A DNA stretch of 64,000 nt, taken from assembly GCA_965235115.1 (NCBI GenBank), contig OZ249447.1, forward strand, positions 11,966,001 to 12,030,000, given 5' to 3'. The notes under the pieces are model-generated. The model saw only the letters and a list, made by a program, of their open reading frames with translations, had not been told where the DNA came from and ran no database searches. Made by a program: the position numbers and the translations under genes. Below are positions 60,801 through 64,000 of the stretch, piece after piece (position 1 is the stretch's first letter; each line of letters starts with the position of its first letter). The stretch is from Laetmonice hystrix. Taxonomy: Eukaryota.

Positions 60801-62372
60801 GATATCAAATATATGTAGGCTAAATGTGGTCGCAGTATTTATTCATAATGAATGTGCAGGTGGAACCATATTGAATGCGATCCAGTCTGAGTTTTAACAG
60901 CCGTTGTGTTCCCAACACGTGACAACCAATTTTGTCGGATGATACCTCTCCCGACGTATTACACATTATCACGTGATCTGAGACCCTCTCAAGCAGGTCA
61001 CGTGATCATCCCGATCATGCGCATGGAGCACGTGACGTGTAAAAATAAGGCAGCTGTGTGGTCCGAGTAAAAACTGTATTGCAGCTGTATTTGACAAAAT
61101 ATGTTTGCGCCGTACTCACAGCTGCAGGCTGGCCGTTTTCATTACTACCCCGACCTTTAGATCTAGGCCTCGGCCTCTATTAATTATTTTGAGAAATACT
61201 CCCCGAGCTGCAGGACCTATTTTATTGCTTGCCTAGATCTAAGTCTTTTTTATAGGCCCTCTATTCGAGTTTGTCAGGCCTGCAGGCCTTCTATAATTCG
61301 ATAAGAATGTGGGTTGTTTAAAAGTCAGCAAGAGGAGAGGGTTGATGAAGTCACCATTGAGATGTTTAAAGTGAGGCCGTCAGGTAGGCCTATAACCAGT
61401 GTTGACAACCATATGAGTCCGAACTTTCCAAACGTTAAGAATTTCAGTAACATGTGGATAGATGGCGCTGCGTTGATAGCTGCGGATTCAGGGCAGCTCT
61501 GCATGTTGAAAGTACGTGTACCTACTTGTTGAAAGCCATGTTTACATATGTTAGTATTTCTTAAAATGCCCAAGAACTCCATACAAAAGGCTTGTTACAT
61601 TTCGTTCTGTTTGTTTTTCCTTCAAGGAAAGTATGCTTCAATCATTATTAAAGACCTTATCTTAAATCTATTTTGAGGGCATCTCCGCAAGCCTGCAACG
61701 CTGTTCGCGAATGGTCAGAAATTTTTGGGCCCTCCAGGTTGGCAACACTGCTCTGAGCCACATATTCCGGCCTATGACCTACATGTAGGCCCTATGGGTC
61801 AGTGTTAATGTGTAGGCTCTATAAAAGAACATGATCAATCTTACACTTAATCAGATTATATTAAAGGATTAATATTCTGTGGAACAAAGGGAGAATGATA
61901 GAATGGCTGCCAGCGGCGGTGTTCTGCGGCAGAGCTCACCAGTGCCCACAAGGTGTCAGCACTTGTTAGCGTGGCGTAGCCATGACCATGTGTGTCCTCC
62001 AGGTGTCAGCACATGTCTGTGTTTTCCCGGAATCTGAACCTGATTATAACCGCCTAACGCCAGGTGGCAGCACTGATTTAATACAGACGCTTTGTTTGAA
62101 CCGTTAACCCCACCGTTATGAGCGTTCTGTCGGGCCGTATTTCTATCTTTCAAGAAAAAAGAATTCCAATTTCTTTCTGAAAGCTTTCAGCTTCTTTTCT
62201 TTTCCAGATGTATCGGAACTTAGGACAACGGTTTATCAGCTGCGACACCGAGTTACGCAATCATCGGCAATCCTTATCCGGGAACTTAAGCGACGAGACC
62301 GGCGTAAGGCGAAAACACGCAAAAACTACGACCTGGTCACCGCCATCCTACAGGCCGCGTCACTCAAACGAC
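57879..62372 (+). CDS. TBC1D30: TBC1 domain family member 30 (Rab-GAP), 5' partial: coding exons 1 (57879-58419) and 2 (62208-62372); rest beyond window
   Basis: Exon 1 starts MATYSRDR, contains SSLVDGLLFDIY...DSDTLTECSSTSDAFFGRS...RASLQGK and ends at a phase-1 donor G/GTAGGC. Exon 2 follows acceptor TTTTCTTTTCCAG, reads DVSELRTTVYQLRHRVTQSSAILIRELKRRDRRKAKTRKNYDLVTAILQAASLKR and ends at donor C/GTGAGT. These match the human TBC1D30 N-terminus as recalled (ASLVSGLLNELY...LRQKDANELKTILRELKYRIGIQSAKLLRHLKQKD...CDIVTACLQAVSQKRR). The TBC domain itself is not in the window. Confidence 0.9.
58623..58742. mobile_element. MITE of the same CAG(G/T)GGCGGATCC family, in TBC1D30 intron 1
   Basis: CAGGGGCGGATCCA ... 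TGGGTCCGCCACTG (12/14 inverted match) with internal poly-G. Confidence 0.6.
60300..60640. repeat. ~22-bp minisatellite in TBC1D30 intron 1, ~15 copies
   Basis: GATACAATGGGGACACCTCACT variants. Confidence 0.9.
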
Positions 62373-64000
62373 GTGAGTGAGATTACAACGCCGGGCTCTC
62401 ATTGGCTGGTCCTCATCACGTGATCTGAGTGGTGGCGGGAGGTGCTAATCGTCTAACGCTGCTGTCAACTCTCTGCTTTCTTCTTCTACTACTACTAGAG
62501 CCAAGGATCTTTAACGCTTTCTTGGTGGGTGCTTGTCTATCTATAAATCTCTCTGGTGTTTCATTCATAACTAAAGCTGTATAATACTGCTTGATAAAAA
62601 AAATCTTCGGGAAATCTAGATCTATAGCTGAAAACACGTGCATGCTGCAAGGGGGGAGCACGGAGGGAAAGAAGGAAAGGTAAGGTATCCCGTGTCTCCT
62701 CCGTCCAGCCCTCCTCCTCCCCCCCCCCCCCCCCCCCCCCACTGCCGTTTATTCTGAGGTGTTTGTCTTTCAGCCTCTGAGATTATTCAGATTTCAGATG
62801 CAGTACAGTGTGCTCTTTTGGTACCAGGTGGCAGCACATGATGGTCAAACCACCAATTCGGCACTTGCTTCAGGCAGGTGGTAAATAATATGTAATAATT
62901 GATGTAGATGGACAGTTGGGAAACCAATTATTTACCTGAGACCATAATGAGGAGAGCAATGGTTACTGGCGCAGAACTCTCATTTTTGTATACTACTAAT
63001 ATAGCCTAGCATTCAGTGTCTCCCGACCACTGCAGGTAGGTCTTGGATTTCCCAGTGGAATATCGTGCCAGCCACTGGCCAGGTCTCCCGCTAAATAAAG
63101 TTCTATGAATGAAGTCAGAGGCCGATATTATGTTTATGAAGTGAACGAATCTCCACTTTCCAATTATTTCGTCCAAGGAGTCCTGACAAAATAATCACCA
63201 GCCCACAAATAGACCCTATAAATAGGTATAGATCTATAAAGAAAGGCTAATCTACTGTGGCTTCCCTGCCGTCAATGGCAGCACTCTTGAGGGTCTGCTG
63301 CATGACGCAGAGTCGTCTGCCTTCCACTGAAACACGTGGGCGTCGTCAAGGCGACCAATCAGAACGCGGGATGAGTCCACGTAATGCTCGCGGGGCTCGG
63401 AGCCATATTGTGATATCTTTACAATGTCAACCGATATCACAGGGTTGGTAGACAACTAATACGACACCAGGTGAAATGTTTGGGGTCATAATATATGCCT
63501 ACTTTATCTTTAAGCCCCATTGCTAGAGGCTTAACGTCGGTGACAGTCTCGTGAACACGAGGTATTTATAGTCCACAAATCCTAGCGCTTGCGCAGTTTA
63601 CGTCATGACCCAAATACATACATTACAGGCGAGTGATCCAACTTTACGTACGTTCATTGAGATCATTCATAATGTGACTGACGTCAACAAAACGTGACTG
63701 TTGGTCTGACTGTCCGCTGGGTCACCGTATGGTGAGTGAATGTGACCGAACACCCGCCTTGGTCACGTCTCGTGATCACACCCCGTCGGTGACGGGAAGG
63801 TGACAGACAGGGCGGTGGCGGATCCGTAACCCCGGGATAATCTAAGATGATCGTGTGGAGACTGGAGAGGGTGAATGGTGGAGCACGTGTTTGATGGCGG
63901 ATGAGTGGATGGTTCCGACTCCTCCAGTGAGTGAGGATTAGGTTGATCACCACCGACCATCTTCTACTCCTCCACGGTAAGACGGATACGGGAAGTTTAT

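Noticed and set aside
62208-62423. ORF MYRNLGQRF...
   Set aside because: Wrong frame. The phase-1 frame at the same acceptor encodes TBC1D30 exon 2.
63658-63680. TGAGATCATT resembling bantam miRNA
   Set aside because: Only the first 10 nt match and no precursor hairpin is present.

Overview
Eukaryotic (metazoan, probably marine invertebrate; inferred) genomic DNA with GT-AG introns, one assembly gap (4885-5123) and no prokaryotic features. The left ~43 kb has no gene I can name. It is packed with about 20 unrelated minisatellite arrays (roughly a third of bases 1-38,000), several MITEs and GC-rich exon-like or enhancer-like islands. Some of those islands could be exons of an unidentified minus-strand gene. 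The right ~21 kb is gene-dense: (1) a single-exon F-box/LRR-like protein with an N-terminal membrane segment (43945-45204, +); (2) a highly divergent rhodopsin-like 7TM receptor whose likely start lies in a small upstream exon (46706-46727 + 47177-48387, +); (3) a type I membrane protein with signal peptide, juxtamembrane furin site and tyrosine motifs (49791-50771, -); (4) a complete 8-exon GEMIN2 (52423-55508, +); (5) the first two coding exons of TBC1D30 (57879-58419, 62208-62372, +). The best candidate for an undescribed system is the compact trio of membrane-associated orphan genes (F-box, microswitch-less GPCR, sheddable single-pass protein); their functional link is inference only.
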